Assembly (NCBI GenBank): GCA_030390025.1
Contig: CM059431.1
Location: 137,704,001 to 137,768,000 of the forward strand
Origin: Squalus acanthias
Taxonomy: Eukaryota
DNA length: 64,000 nucleotides
Direction: 5' to 3'
Part shown: piece after piece, positions 26,685-38,140 of the stretch
How the letters are laid out: each line of letters opens with the position of its first letter
How positions within the stretch are numbered: position 1 is the first letter of the stretch
Position numbers and translations under genes: made by a program
Notes under the pieces: generated by a model
What the model saw: the letters and a program-made list of their open reading frames with translations, nothing else
Databases searched by the model: none
What the model was told of the DNA's origin: nothing

Positions 26685-27535
26685 ATGCCAGCATTTATTG
26701 CCCGTCCCTAATTGCCCTCGAGAAGGTGCTGTTGAGCATCATTCTTGAACCGCTGCAGTCCCCGAGGTTGCAGTATTCCAAAGTGTTCTTTGGCAGGAAT
26801 TTCCAGGAATTTGATCCAGCAGCGATGAAGGAAAGGTGATGTGTTTCCACGTCAGCATCATATGTGCCTTGGAAGTGAACTTGGAGGTGGTGGTGTTCCC
26901 CTGCGCGTGCTTCCCCTGTCCTCCTATGTGGTACAGGTCGTGGGTGAGGGAGATGCTATGGAAGAAGCCTTGGTGTGTTTTTGGGTGCTACACACTGCAG
27001 CCAATGTTTGCCGGAGGTGGAGGGAGTGAATGTATAATGTGGTGGATGAGGTGCCAATCACACGAGCTGCTTTATCCTGGATGGTGTCGAGCTACTTGAG
27101 TGTTTTTGGAGCTGCATTCATCCATGCAAATGGACAGTGTTCGATTACACTCCTGAATGATGTCGTGCAGGTGTTGGAAAGACTTTGGGGAGTCAGGTGT
27201 GAGTCATTCACTACAGAATACTCAGCCTGATCATGTAACCATAGCATTTATGTGGCTGGTACAGTTAACTGTGTTAACACCCAATATGTTGATGTGGAGT
27301 GATTCGACGATGGTAATGCCGTTGAAAGTCAAGGTGAGGTGGTTAGACTTCCTCTTGTTGGAGATAGTAATTGCCTGCAACTTGTGTGGTGCGAATGTTA
27401 CTTGTCAGGTAGCAGCCCAAGCCTGAATGTTGTCCAGGTCCTGATGCATGCGGGCACTGACTGCTTCCTTATCTGAGGAGTTGCGAATGGAAGTGATCAC
27501 GGTGCAATCATCTGCGAACTTCCCTACCTCTGACC
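26685..27535 (-). mobile_element. 5'-truncated CR1/L2-group LINE (RT C-terminus plus 3' end)
   Basis: Minus-strand translation EVGKFADDCTV...HQDLDNIQAWA (RT FADD motif); 3' end shared with 5978-6310. Confidence 0.85.
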
Positions 27536-28350
27536 TCATGCACAAGTTCGAGCAAGACTTCTTCGCTGCACAGGACCTCCAACCCACGCTATACACCAGA
27601 TACATCGACGACATTTTCTTCCTATGGACCCACGGCGAAGAATCACTGAAAAAATTACATGATAACATCAACAAGTTCCATCCCACCATCAAACTCACCA
27701 TGGACTACTCCTCAGAATCGATTTCATTCTTGGACACACGAATCTCCATCAAAGACAGACACCTCAGCACTTCACTCTACCACAAGTCCACGGACAACCT
27801 CACGATGCTCCACTTCTCCAGCTTCCACCCTAACCACGTTAAAGAAGCCATCCCCTATGGACAAGCCCTGCGATTACACAGGATCTGCTCAGACGAGGAG
27901 GAACGCGATGGACACCTACAGACGCTGAAAGACGCCCTCGTAAGAACGAGATATGACGCTCGACTCGTCGATCGACAGTTCCGACGGGCCACAGCGAAAA
28001 ATCGCATAGACCTCCTCAGAAGACAAACACGGGACACAACCAACAGAGTACCCTACGTCGTCCAGTATTTCCCCGGAGCTGAGAAACTACGCCATGTTCT
28101 TCGCAGCCTTCAACATGTCATCGATGAAAACGAACACCTCGCTAAGGCCATCCCCACGCCCCCAATACTCGCCTTGAAATAGCCATCTAACCTCAAACAG
28201 AACATCGTTTGCAGCAGATTACCCAGCTTTCAAGAGAACAGCGACCACGACACCAAACAACCCTGCCACGGCAACGTCTGAAAGACATGCTAGAACATCA
28301 ACACAGATACCATCATCACACGTGAGGACACCACCCACCAGGTACATGTC
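27536..28350 (+). mobile_element. Penelope-like element fragment (RT YIDD and thumb, truncated near the start of the GIY-YIG region)
   Basis: YTRYIDDIFFLW, ISFLD, TSLYHK, IPYGQALRLHRICS motifs; stop at 28180. Confidence 0.9.
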
Positions 28351-29449
28351 ACAGTCCTGAGCTCAATATCTTAGACTTTTACGAAAACGAATAATCATTC
28401 AAAACTGTTAGTTTTTATTCATTTTTCTCACTCCCGTTACATGAAAATCTTCAAAATTCTGCATTACACAATTATATCAAAGTTAAAACGTAAGGACAAT
28501 TTAATTGATTTATCTGAAAGATTGTTTCACTCATATAATTGCAATGGTACCAAGTGAAACCTTTAATCGTGAGACTGTCTGTCTCGGTATTTAAAGTACT
28601 ATGTGAAAATGGTGATGGATTTCCAGATGGTTTCCTTTGCAAAACTAACTCACTTCCCAAACTGTTACCAAAGGAAGAAAGTTCCCTGAAATTGGTGAAT
28701 CGGTTTGCAATGATATGTGTTTAATTTAATAGCTTATTACTTCATCCTGAAACTGACCATTGTTGCAGGGTGACCTCTGGCGCATTAGCCAAATGGCACT
28801 TTAAATAGACTTGTACTTCCTCCTTAACAGAACAATGCTAAAGATTAACATTACTACAATAGAAAGAAAAAAGATAAACCAAAACAGTATAATATTAGCG
28901 GAAGTTGGGCTCGGCTGATCAATCCTTTCCTTACAGCGCCCTCTTTGTTGACGTTAGAGTATTTCAGGTCAACACTTAACAATATCTCCTCAGCATCATA
29001 GATCTATCTCGGCCTATTCTATTGCTGAGATCTCCATCCATTGGTTTTACACATGTTCTCACTCTCCAGAGACACATTAACCATTTCATGTAGTGCTGTT
29101 GTCTGCGTGACTGACCATGTTTTGTATCCATTCTCCAGAGTAACTTCATCACGCATAGAGCATGCTGGTTGCTTCATGCACAACGCGTCACTTCTGCAAA
29201 CACAGCGATATCCCAAGATTTTACAGTGCCAGACATCCGATATAAGCCATTCCTGTCCCTTCTGGCTATCTATCAATGGATCGGGGGTCGGTCGGTGTTT
29301 GATTAGGATCGCCCTTGCATGTTCCCGATGTTTTGCGAATTTGCCAGGCTATCAAGTATTTTATTTTTTTCTTCTTCTAAAGCAAGGACAAAACCACCTC
29401 CAAGAGAAAGCTAGCAATTAACCAACTTCACTACAGTGTCATAAGAACA

Positions 29450-30080
29450 TAAGAACATAAGAAATAGGAGCAGGAGTAGGCCAATTGGCCCCTCGAGCCT
29501 GCTCTGCCATTCAACAAGATCATGGCTGATCTGATCCGAACCGCCAATCTACTATCACAGATCCATCTCCTGAATCTAACAGAATTGGACACACGAAATA
29601 GGAGCAGGATCAGGCTACACGGCCCCTGGGCTCGCTCTGCTACCCACAGGGCCATTTCCGATCCGAAACTAGACTCATGTCCAAATTCCTGCCCGCTCCC
29701 CATAACCCTTATTTCCCTTTACTTCTAGGAAACTGTCTATTTCTGTTTTAAATGTATGTAATGATGTAGCTTCCACAGCTTTTTGGGGCAGCATATTCCA
29801 TTGACCTACCACACTCTGAGTGAAGTTGTCCTCCTCATCTCAGTTTTGAAAGAGCAGCCCCTTATTCTAAGACCAAGCCCCCTAGTTCTAGTTTCACCCA
29901 ACATCGGGAACATTCTCCCCGCATCCACCCGATCCAACCCCTTCACAATCTTATATGTTTCAATAAGATCGCCTCTCATTCTTCTGAACTCCAATGAGTA
30001 GAGTCCCAATCTAGCCAACCTCTCCTCATATGTCCATCCCCTCATCCCCGGGATTAACCGAGTGAACCTTCTTTGTACTG
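29450..30080 (-). mobile_element. 5'-truncated CR1 LINE with (TTCTTATG)n tail
   Basis: Minus ORF YEERLARLGLYSLEFRRMRGDLIETYKI; ATAAGAAC x3 tail at 29450-29465; same subfamily as 45871-46283 and 50269-50673. Confidence 0.92.
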
Positions 30081-31036
30081 ACTTTCACTAGACTGTGCAT
30101 TGATACCAGACTCATATCTTTTGGTGAGTCGTACCCAGGTGGTTTACATTAAGAAGGGATGGGACAGGATAGGTGGAAGCGAAAACTTCCGTTCGTTGAA
30201 GGATCAAGAACTAACGGCCAGAGATTAAATGATAAATGTAATAGATTTAGAACTAACGGTGGGAGAAACCTCTTTACATGCAGTGTTGTGAGACTGTGGA
30301 TATAATGGAGGCAGAAGTTATATCAATATTGAAGAATAAATTGCCAATGTGTCTGAATATAAATAGGTTGAAGGGATGTTTGAGACCGTGTGGGTGAAGT
30401 CATTGGAACTATTTGCTCGGGTGGAGGGTAAAAGTCGACAAGGACGGCTTGGGTGGAATGGACTATAACATTCCAACATTGTAATGACCAGTTGTGATTT
30501 TCAGTAAATATCTGTGAACAAAGATGTCTAATGTCACATTGACGCGTAAATTCCTACTGTCTGCATCATCAGACACTGATCAGGAGACTGGGACCCGTTC
30601 TATTGGTCCAGGAGACAATGGGGGGCGGAGTCTGATGTTGAGACCAGCGCCTGCACCATTCACACCGAGATTACAGAATTACAGATAACCACCATTGTAA
30701 CACGTTGTTTCTACACTAAAGAAAACTTTAACTGTTAATTAAACAGGGGTGTCTCATTCCAGTACCTGCGGTGTGAGGCAGTTATCGCTGACGCCCACAT
30801 GTTCTGCTCGACTGCTGAAGCTCAATCATGACTGTTCTCTTTGAATCTTGAGCGGGAAGGGCGCTGTTTCAGCAGGAAACGATTATGTTCACCCGGGGAA
30901 AGCATCCGACATAAAACACACGGCACAAAGTGGAAGAAATGTTTTCTGATACCTGTTCATTCTCACAACAACAATCTGCTTTCGTCCTAACAGAAAGACA
31001 AACATTCTAAAATAAAACACGGGCTATAATTTTACT

Positions 31037-33966
31037 CTAGTTAGGACAGGAAGCTTTGTTTTGACTTTTCATTTTTTTACCCAATATCAGAATAAATGCC
31101 CAAGGAGATTTCACCAGCTTCTTCAGCTCTTCCCTGAATTTAGTTTGTGTAGCTGCATAAATACAAGTGTTTGTACAGGAACTCAAATACATCAGCAGAT
31201 ATCCGGTTTCAGTGGCGATGTAAGCAGGCGATATGTAATCGCCTCGGTGATGCACGGCCAGGTTGTTAACTATAAAACTCACGGCAGACGTCAGCCAAAA
31301 CAATACAAAACTGCCCGATACAGTGAACAGTAAAATGATGGATTTCCTTCGGTTCTCCATCTCTGGATCGCTCTGATTGTCACTGCTTTGACCCCGGAAT
31401 CCCCTGCGGGCTCTACTGGCCACTAAAATACGCCTGACTGTCAAACAATTAAGCAGTAATATCAAAACAAAAGGAAGCCACGTAATTAAAATATTTTCTA
31501 AGCGGAAGTAGGCTGCACCTGCAGGCGATGAAAAAAAGGCCACACTGGGGCGGAATCCCCAGGGAACGTTGTTGATTATTTGTTTGTGTTCATATGCAAA
31601 CCAAAATGGGATGTTCTCTAAATAAACCAGGACAGAGACCGTTGTTATAACCGCGGCCGCAGTTCTCACTGTGCAATACTTTGTTTTCAACTTCTGACAA
31701 CATATAGCTACAAATCGGTCAAATGTGAAGGAGACGGTAAACCACACTGACATATCCAGGTTGGCACTACACATATACATCATGAACTTACAAACGGCAG
31801 TGTAGGACAGGAATGAATATGGGAAATGTTTACTCAAAATGTGATATACGATTACATTGAGGATCATGACCAGTAGATCTGCTGTTGCCATGGCCACCAT
31901 GTAGACCGAGATACATTTGGAAAGGCCGCATTTTCCTCTGACGAGAATCACCATTGTCAACAGGTTCGCTGTAAGAAAGAGTGACAAGAGTAAGTAATGG
32001 AGACACTCGGATAAATCTTACATCGTATTGTGGGGAGATGAACCGAAGTGTTCCTACTGAAGGTTATGCACACGTTATTATATAGACGAACATTGACAAT
32101 CGACCTTTTCAAACGAAAATACTCATTAAACACTCAATATCGAGGGACTGAGAATGCGCCGTCCTTCCAGCACACTTCAGTCAGACTGTGTCAAATTGGT
32201 GGGTAGGGGTGGGTGCTGGGAGGGTCGCTCGTATTCAGTATCGGCAATGGTAACGGATAGTGACCCCAACACCACCGACAACCAGGCACTGATGGCTCAA
32301 CGGAGGGGAATTTTGACTTTGGGCGACAGTGTAAAACGGGCGACTCCGGATCAGCCGTTCATGATACATCTCTTCCGAATCAATCTCCATCGCTATCGCC
32401 ACTGACACTATATTCATGCATGAAAACAGAAAATTCTGGAAATACTCAGCAGGACAAGCATTATCTGTGGAGAGGAAAATAAAGTTTACGTTTCATGTTG
32501 AAACCATTCGTTTGAAATCCATTGAGGCTCCATTCACACTTTAACGCTGCGGTCCAGCTCAAGCCGCAGTCCCTGGCAGGGACGGTACAGTAACAGATTA
32601 AAGTCCCTTAAAGGGCAACCTTGGATGTTTCTGTAACTTGATAATTTTCACAGTCAATAAACAAGCGGATTCCCTTACATACACAAAAAGACACATTCCA
32701 TTGCAGTGTGGAGCGCTGAAATTTTCCCGCCATGAGGCTGGGACCATGTGATATACCGCGCCAATTTGATGAGTTACTACAGCGACCCGAGGGAGCAATC
32801 GATGGAATTTTACATTTACAAGCGGGATCTCGTGAGCGGCATCAGATGTCAGTTGTATTCAATATAATATACAAACAATTACTGGAAAGATATTAATTTA
32901 AATAAAACATTCAGCTGTGCCACAAACATTCGATGTACTTCGAAACTCTGCGATTTTACCATATAGAAACATAGAAACTAGGAGCAGGAGTAGGCCATTC
33001 GGCCCGTCGAGCCTGCTCCACCATTCAATACGATCATGGCTGATCATCCAAATCCAGTACCCTGTCCCTGCTTTCTCACACAGAATCCCCATCGAGCCTG
33101 CACCGACACATATCCCACCCTATCCCCGTAACCCCACGTATTTAATTCCCCCTAACATATCCCATCCTATCCCCGTAACCCCACACATTTAATCCCCCCC
33201 TAACACTAAGGGTCAATTTATCATAGCCAAATCAACCTAACCCGCACATTTTTGGACTGTGGGAGGAAACCGGAGCACCCGGAGGAAACCCACGCAGACA
33301 CGGGGAGAATGTGCAAACTCCACACAGACAGTCACCCGAGGCCAGATTCGAACCCGGGTCACTGGCGCTGTGAGGCACCAGTGCTAACCACTATGCCACC
33401 GTGTTGCCAAAATGTAGCTGCTCGGGAGCTGCTCGGGAGCTGGTGGAGGCGCGAAGGTTCTTTGCAGCGGAGGGGAGGGGAACAGCGCCCTGAGCGGCAA
33501 TTATTGCTCCAAATATCATTCACAGTCCTCTGATAGGAGGAGGTGGCTGCACTATAAGGAATTATCAACTTAAAGTAGATAGGGAACAACGGTACAGATG
33601 AAATGATTACCATGGACACCAAGCAACACATTCTTTAATGATCTATGTACTACTGGAGGGGCCGGGGAATCAGCCTCGCCCTTCCTCACTTTACGGAGGA
33701 AAGTTGAGTGCCCGGTGGCCACGATCGAGCGACCAGAACAGCGCCTCAGCGGCCCCGGGGACTGATAGGATTCCCGCTGATATTCACCGACTTATCCCGG
33801 TGGATCAATGACTCTGCAATGAGGACATGCTCGGAATATGTTACATTAACACTGAGATAGTCAACAGCTGTTAGACAACAGAATACATTGACTTACCGGG
33901 AGCCCCAAAGGTTGCGAGAACTGGGTAGTAAATTTGCTTTATCTGTAGAATTGTTGGCAGTTCCAT
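31037..33966 (-). CDS. gpr139-like: GPR139-like class A orphan GPCR, 2 coding exons (33966-33897, 31968-31037), 333 aa; ECL2 Cys replaced by Phe
   Basis: Exon 1 MELPTILQIKQIYYPVLATFGAP then G|GTAAGT; acceptor TTTCTTACAG|; same 70-nt first exon as the + copy; ATADLL, FDRFVAIC, SSCTNTCIYA motifs; frame open. Confidence 0.9.
32962..33075 (-). mobile_element. Short CR1 3' tail in the GPCR intron
   Basis: ATAGAAACATAGAAACTAGGAGCAGGAGTAGGCCATTCGGCCC. Confidence 0.8.
33080..33408 (-). mobile_element. tRNA-derived SINE (HE1/V-SINE-like) in the GPCR intron
   Basis: Minus-strand A box TGGCATAGTGG, B box GGTTCGAATC, then TGTGTGGAGTTTGCACATTCTCCCCGTGTCTGCGTGGGTTTCCTCCGGGTGCTCCGGTTTCCTCCCACAGTCC (V-domain-like). 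Confidence 0.88.
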
Positions 33967-34735
33967 TTTAAAAAACTGTGCGAAATCTGTCCAGCTTTAC
34001 GGTTCGGACTGGAGTGTATCTGAGATCAGTAAATACTCCCCATTTATAGAACAATCGGGGCCCAGGTCAGAAAAAAACATGTTACACAATAAGTGGCGTT
34101 AGTTACAGTCACTTAACAAACAAGGGGCGATTTTCCGCTTCAGTGCGCCCGGCCGCAAGTGGGGAAATTGTATGGAAAGTAATCCCAGAGGGAATGTGCC
34201 CTGCGCATGGTCCCTGAACGCTGAATGGAACATCCCTCCTGGTCTCTGCCTTAGGCTCTTGAGGTTTCAAATCCATTCGCTGAAAATCTTACTCATCCAT
34301 TGCATTAGCTAAATTTGTTTTTTTACTGCAATGATACCGAGTGATAATTCCGCTTTAATATTACTGGCAATGATTCATCGCTTACAATACTAGTGATGAC
34401 TCCTCTCTAACATTGCTGGCGGTGATCCTACTCTAATATTAATGGCAATGAGGCTACGCCGACTTTAATGCTGGTGATCCTATTCTACCGTTACTGGTGG
34501 TGATTATAATCTAAAATTACCGCTGGTAACCCAACATAAAAAAAAACTGGTTGATACCACTCTACCATTATTACTGGTAAAGATATACTAAAATTACTGA
34601 TGTTGATCTTATTGTAATTAATGGGGATGACCCTACTCCAGCATAATTGTAGTGACCATACTCTAACATTACTGGTCTTTGGTCCTACTCTAACATTAAT
34701 GGTGGTGACTCTACTCTACCATTATTGTGGTTAAC

Positions 34736-36313
34736 TTTAGAATTCGCAAAATTATCGCGATTTTATAATAACGAGAAGGAGACATAAAGTTTCGTATGAA
34801 CAGCTTTATTTCAGCAGAATGCTGTCATGTTTCAAAAGGGACACAAGCAGCCTGTAAAATGGCCACCACGCCTCGTGGCAGAAGGTTCTAGACTTTCAGT
34901 AGGCAGACAAGATGGCGTTTCATTAAACATTTCAGCAAGATCGGACAGGACTCAGCACATTGGAGATAATGACAAGACGCGATGGGTTTGCATTTTAAAC
35001 ATAAATACTGGAATCGGTTTTCCAGGTCTATTGTACTGGGCGATCAAGGACCCATCCAAAGACATTGATATGCGAATTCCCCACGGCTCTACGATGAGAG
35101 AGCCGTTCGCGGGTACTTACAGCAAGCATTTGGAAGCCCCAAAACCCCTCCAGGGAGACTCCTAGCCGGTTCCACAATGGGAGAAATATTAACGGGTACT
35201 CAGACACTTACAAGCATCACCGAGACCGATTAACGACAAGTACCACTCCATACAAGAAGATTGAGCACCAAAACATGACAAAAGATGGACATTAAGATTG
35301 GGCGGGAGATAAGGAATTACAGTACTATAAACTGTAGTGTCCAAACGTCCATCTTTCTCTTATCCTCTGGCTGTTCATCGTGCTCTTAGTCTTTACCACC
35401 GACTGGAGCTCTGGACTCTCATTCTCTGATCCACTGATTTTCCGGGAGTCAACCTCGTGGCTTGCCGCGAAGATCTGTGGAGAACTGGTCTGCGAAGGCC
35501 AGTAAAACGGGCGCACCATCCCGAGAAGTCGGTAAACGGTGTTGGAACCGAAGGCCCGAGAGGAGATGAGATGAGATGAGATGAGAAGAGAAGAAGACGA
35601 CAACACGTATCGCCACGGTCAGTAAGCCCCGACCGCGCCTGTAAATCGATTAGACTCTTCTTCGAGTTCTACTGAACCAGTGTAGGGCACAGGAAGACTC
35701 TTTTTCGAGTGGTGTCCGAACTCCGAGGTCAACACAGATCTTCATTGCAGCAGACGGTCCAGCCTGCTAGCCGGAGCAAAGCGAGTAAACAAGTGGGTTA
35801 CAGAGACCCCGGATCAACACGTGAATAGTCAGGTGTTGCCGAGCAGCGTTTTGGAATTCTCTGAGTTATCACGAGTGGTGAGCATGAGTCTCGATCCTAC
35901 AAATCTAGATTAGGACAGGTATTGATAGGGGAGGGTTTATGTTTTAAGGATAATTATAATGTGTGTCCCCTTTTACGATGTGTCGTGCGCTCCTCGTTTC
36001 CCTAAACCTAGTTGCATAAATGTGTGTAAGTTTGTACTGTCAGTAATCTGTGCTTATGACATGTATTTCGTAATCTTGAATAATATGCAATAAAGATTTT
36101 CCATTTCGCACTGTTCAACCGGGTCTAACTGAGTTTTTCTCTACATTATTGTTCTCGCACCTAAGTCCAGTGTCAGAACCGTAAGGGCGAGTGGGTCGAA
36201 CCACTCACAGGTGTCTCGTGCTACCAGGCTGGCTAGAGACCAGAATAGGCAACAAGGCCTAACCCCGCACTAGCACCCAGGCTAAGCACAGAGCCACGGC
36301 GAAACCCCTTACA
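34736..36313 (+). repeat. 5' LTR (1578 bp)
   Basis: Starts TTTAGAATTCGC (TG mutated to TT), ends CCCCTTACA; about 35 substitutions plus one 5-bp (GAGAT)n indel versus the 3' LTR by manual count. Confidence 0.96.
35295..35335 (+). promoter_or_regulatory. Candidate LTR promoter: inverted CCAAT/GC box and TATAAA (35326-35331)
   Basis: GATTGGGCGGG followed ~25 nt later by TACTATAAAC; TATA retained in the 3' LTR. Confidence 0.5.
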
Positions 36314-36318
36314 GACAA

Positions 36319-36336
36319 TGGCGACCACGAAGGGAC
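36319..36336 (+). promoter_or_regulatory. Primer-binding site, tRNA-Arg(UCG)-like
   Basis: TGGCGACCACGAAGGGAC 5 nt after the LTR; its reverse complement GTCCCTTCGTGGTCG-CCA matches, from memory, the 3' end of a vertebrate tRNA-Arg(TCG). Confidence 0.85.
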
Positions 36337-36379
36337 ACTGGCAGCGAGAAAATAATGTGTTAGACCTTGGTATGAATGG

Positions 36380-38140
36380 GTGAAATGTTATGGAAGAGGG
36401 AATAGCAGATTATGTTTTTGGAAAAGTGAATTTTCTAAGAGATGGATAAGTGACCTGCTGGTGGATAAGCGTCCACTAGAGGCAGCCATGAGGTGGACAG
36501 GTAGCAAGGAACATAAAAAATCTGTAGAGAAAGCTGTCTGGCTGATGTGTTATAAAAGGCAAGTCCAGATTTCGGACCAGGTCATCGTAGCGCAGGCAGC
36601 TCAGATCAATTGTTTGGAGGTGGAGATGGACGAGAAGGTCGCGAGGGGGCAGCAGCTCATCGCGTCTTTAAATGCGTTGCATCAGGAATGCCAGTTAGTC
36701 GCCAACCACCATGAGGCGAAAATAGATTACCTCGAGTGCCAGGTCACTGAGGCCAAATTAAATGAGGGCAGAATAAGGGAACGATGTGCCCGCCTAGCTG
36801 CTCAAATAAAAGCCCAGGAAGAGAGCTTAAAGGGGGTTAGGGCGGCATATAAGATGGCCCTCGAGGATAAACATGAGGGGGCCGACCACAGCGTCTGCCA
36901 GAGAGAGATAGGGAACCTTAAAGAGGCCCTGAATAAAGCGCACTGCATGGTGTGCCTCATCAGCCCGTCAGCGCACCAGCCGCAGGTGGGTGGGGAATTC
37001 CAAAAATCCCTACCAAACAAGGCACAGGAGGTATTTGCCACTGCACCCTCCGTGCCGCCCAGCTATTCGGCAACCTGGGTAAGGGAGGAAGTGGTAGAAG
37101 TAGAGGAAGAGGTCCCCGAGGTAGTACAGCTCCCGGAGGTAGTAGTGAAGCCGGGACCATTGTGCCCGCTTACAGGTATCAAGAGGGGCCCGAACGGAGA
37201 CGATGGGGAAGAGGGGAATCTCCTCAACCAGCTTGTGTTGCCTCACAGCGCACACCAGCTGAGGGCTATGATCAGCCACGTACGGAAGCTGTCCGAGTCA
37301 GACAACCCTTCCGTACATTTCAGGGAGGTAGAGCAGACCGCAGCCATTAACGGCTGCGACGATGGGGAAAGGGCAAAAATGCTGCTGGTCTCCTTAGACA
37401 GCTCGATCCTCCAGTGTCTCTCAGACGCGAGCAAAAGGGGAGATCATACCTATGGGGAATTGAGGGACGAGGTCCTGGAAGTGTTGGGAGCGGACGATGA
37501 AGGTTCGTTCGTTAGATTGGGACAGACAGTGCAGATGGAGGGAGAACCCCCGAAGGTTTTCACCGACAGGCTGTGGCCTGTCTATCAGCGTAGTTGCCCA
37601 GGCGCGCCCGAGCGTGTTGATTTAGACGGTGTTGGTTTAGCTCACTGGCTCAGATATATAGTACCCAACAGCTTACCAGCCGTGAGGGAGCAGGCAAAAG
37701 CGTGGTTTGATCCCAATAACGCCGCCACAACAGAGGAGTCGGTCCTAAATCGACTCACGGTAGGGTACCGTAATACTAGGAGCACGGGAGCGCGTCCCCT
37801 TAAGGGAAAGGTGCATGAGGCACGGCCCAGCGCCCCGGCTCAAAGGGAGTGGCATCAGGAGGGAAATCGCGTCCCACGAGCCAGTAATGCTTGTTTCGGG
37901 TGCGGAAAGACAGGGCACTGGCGCAACAACTGCAGGAACACTTGGAAAGAGTCCAGGGATAAAAATCCCGCAGCCCGAGCCCAGGTGCCTGCCCCCGATA
38001 AGGGAGCTGGTGTGCCTATCCATCCCGATGCGATAGAATCAATGCTGGGAGCCATGCGGACCCTCATGATTTCGCAAGGCTGGGTGACAGTCGCTACCGG
38101 CCCCGCAGATGCCGCAGCCCCATCTGCCGGTACCCAATGA
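36380..38140 (+). CDS. gag: Gag polyprotein (coiled coil, capsid-like region, CCHC zinc knuckle); start uncertain (frame open from 36356, first ATG 36488)
   Basis: Long ORF directly after the PBS; CFGCGKTGHWRNNC (CX2CX4HX4C) at 37892-37933; heptad-rich N-terminal third. Confidence 0.9.
   Translation: MKCYGRGNSRLCFWKSEFSKRWISDLLVDKRPLEAAMRWTGSKEHKKSVEKAVWLMCYKRQVQISDQVIVAQAAQINCLEVEMDEKVARGQQLIASLNALHQECQLVANHHEAKIDYLECQVTEAKLNEGRIRERCARLAAQIKAQEESLKGVRAAYKMALEDKHEGADHSVCQREIGNLKEALNKAHCMVCLISPSAHQPQVGGEFQKSLPNKAQEVFATAPSVPPSYSATWVREEVVEVEEEVPEVVQLPEVVVKPGPLCPLTGIKRGPNGDDGEEGNLLNQLVLPHSAHQLRAMISHVRKLSESDNPSVHFREVEQTAAINGCDDGERAKMLLVSLDSSILQCLSDASKRGDHTYGELRDEVLEVLGADDEGSFVRLGQTVQMEGEPPKVFTDRLWPVYQRSCPGAPERVDLDGVGLAHWLRYIVPNSLPAVREQAKAWFDPNNAATTEESVLNRLTVGYRNTRSTGARPLKGKVHEARPSAPAQREWHQEGNRVPRASNACFGCGKTGHWRNNCRNTWKESRDKNPAARAQVPAPDKGAGVPIHPDAIESMLGAMRTLMISQGWVTVATGPADAAAPSAGTQ

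Noticed and set aside
27448..28182. 244-aa RT ORF as an intact gene or as the missing pol of the LTR element
   Set aside because: Chimera of an antisense LINE piece and a truncated Penelope RT; wrong RT class and outside the LTRs
33330..33408. tRNA gene
   Set aside because: A and B boxes belong to the SINE head and run straight into SINE body
35325..35606. Antisense LTR ORFs (also 42908-43204)
   Set aside because: Start in the (GAGAT)n microsatellite and their N-terminal frame differs between the two LTRs
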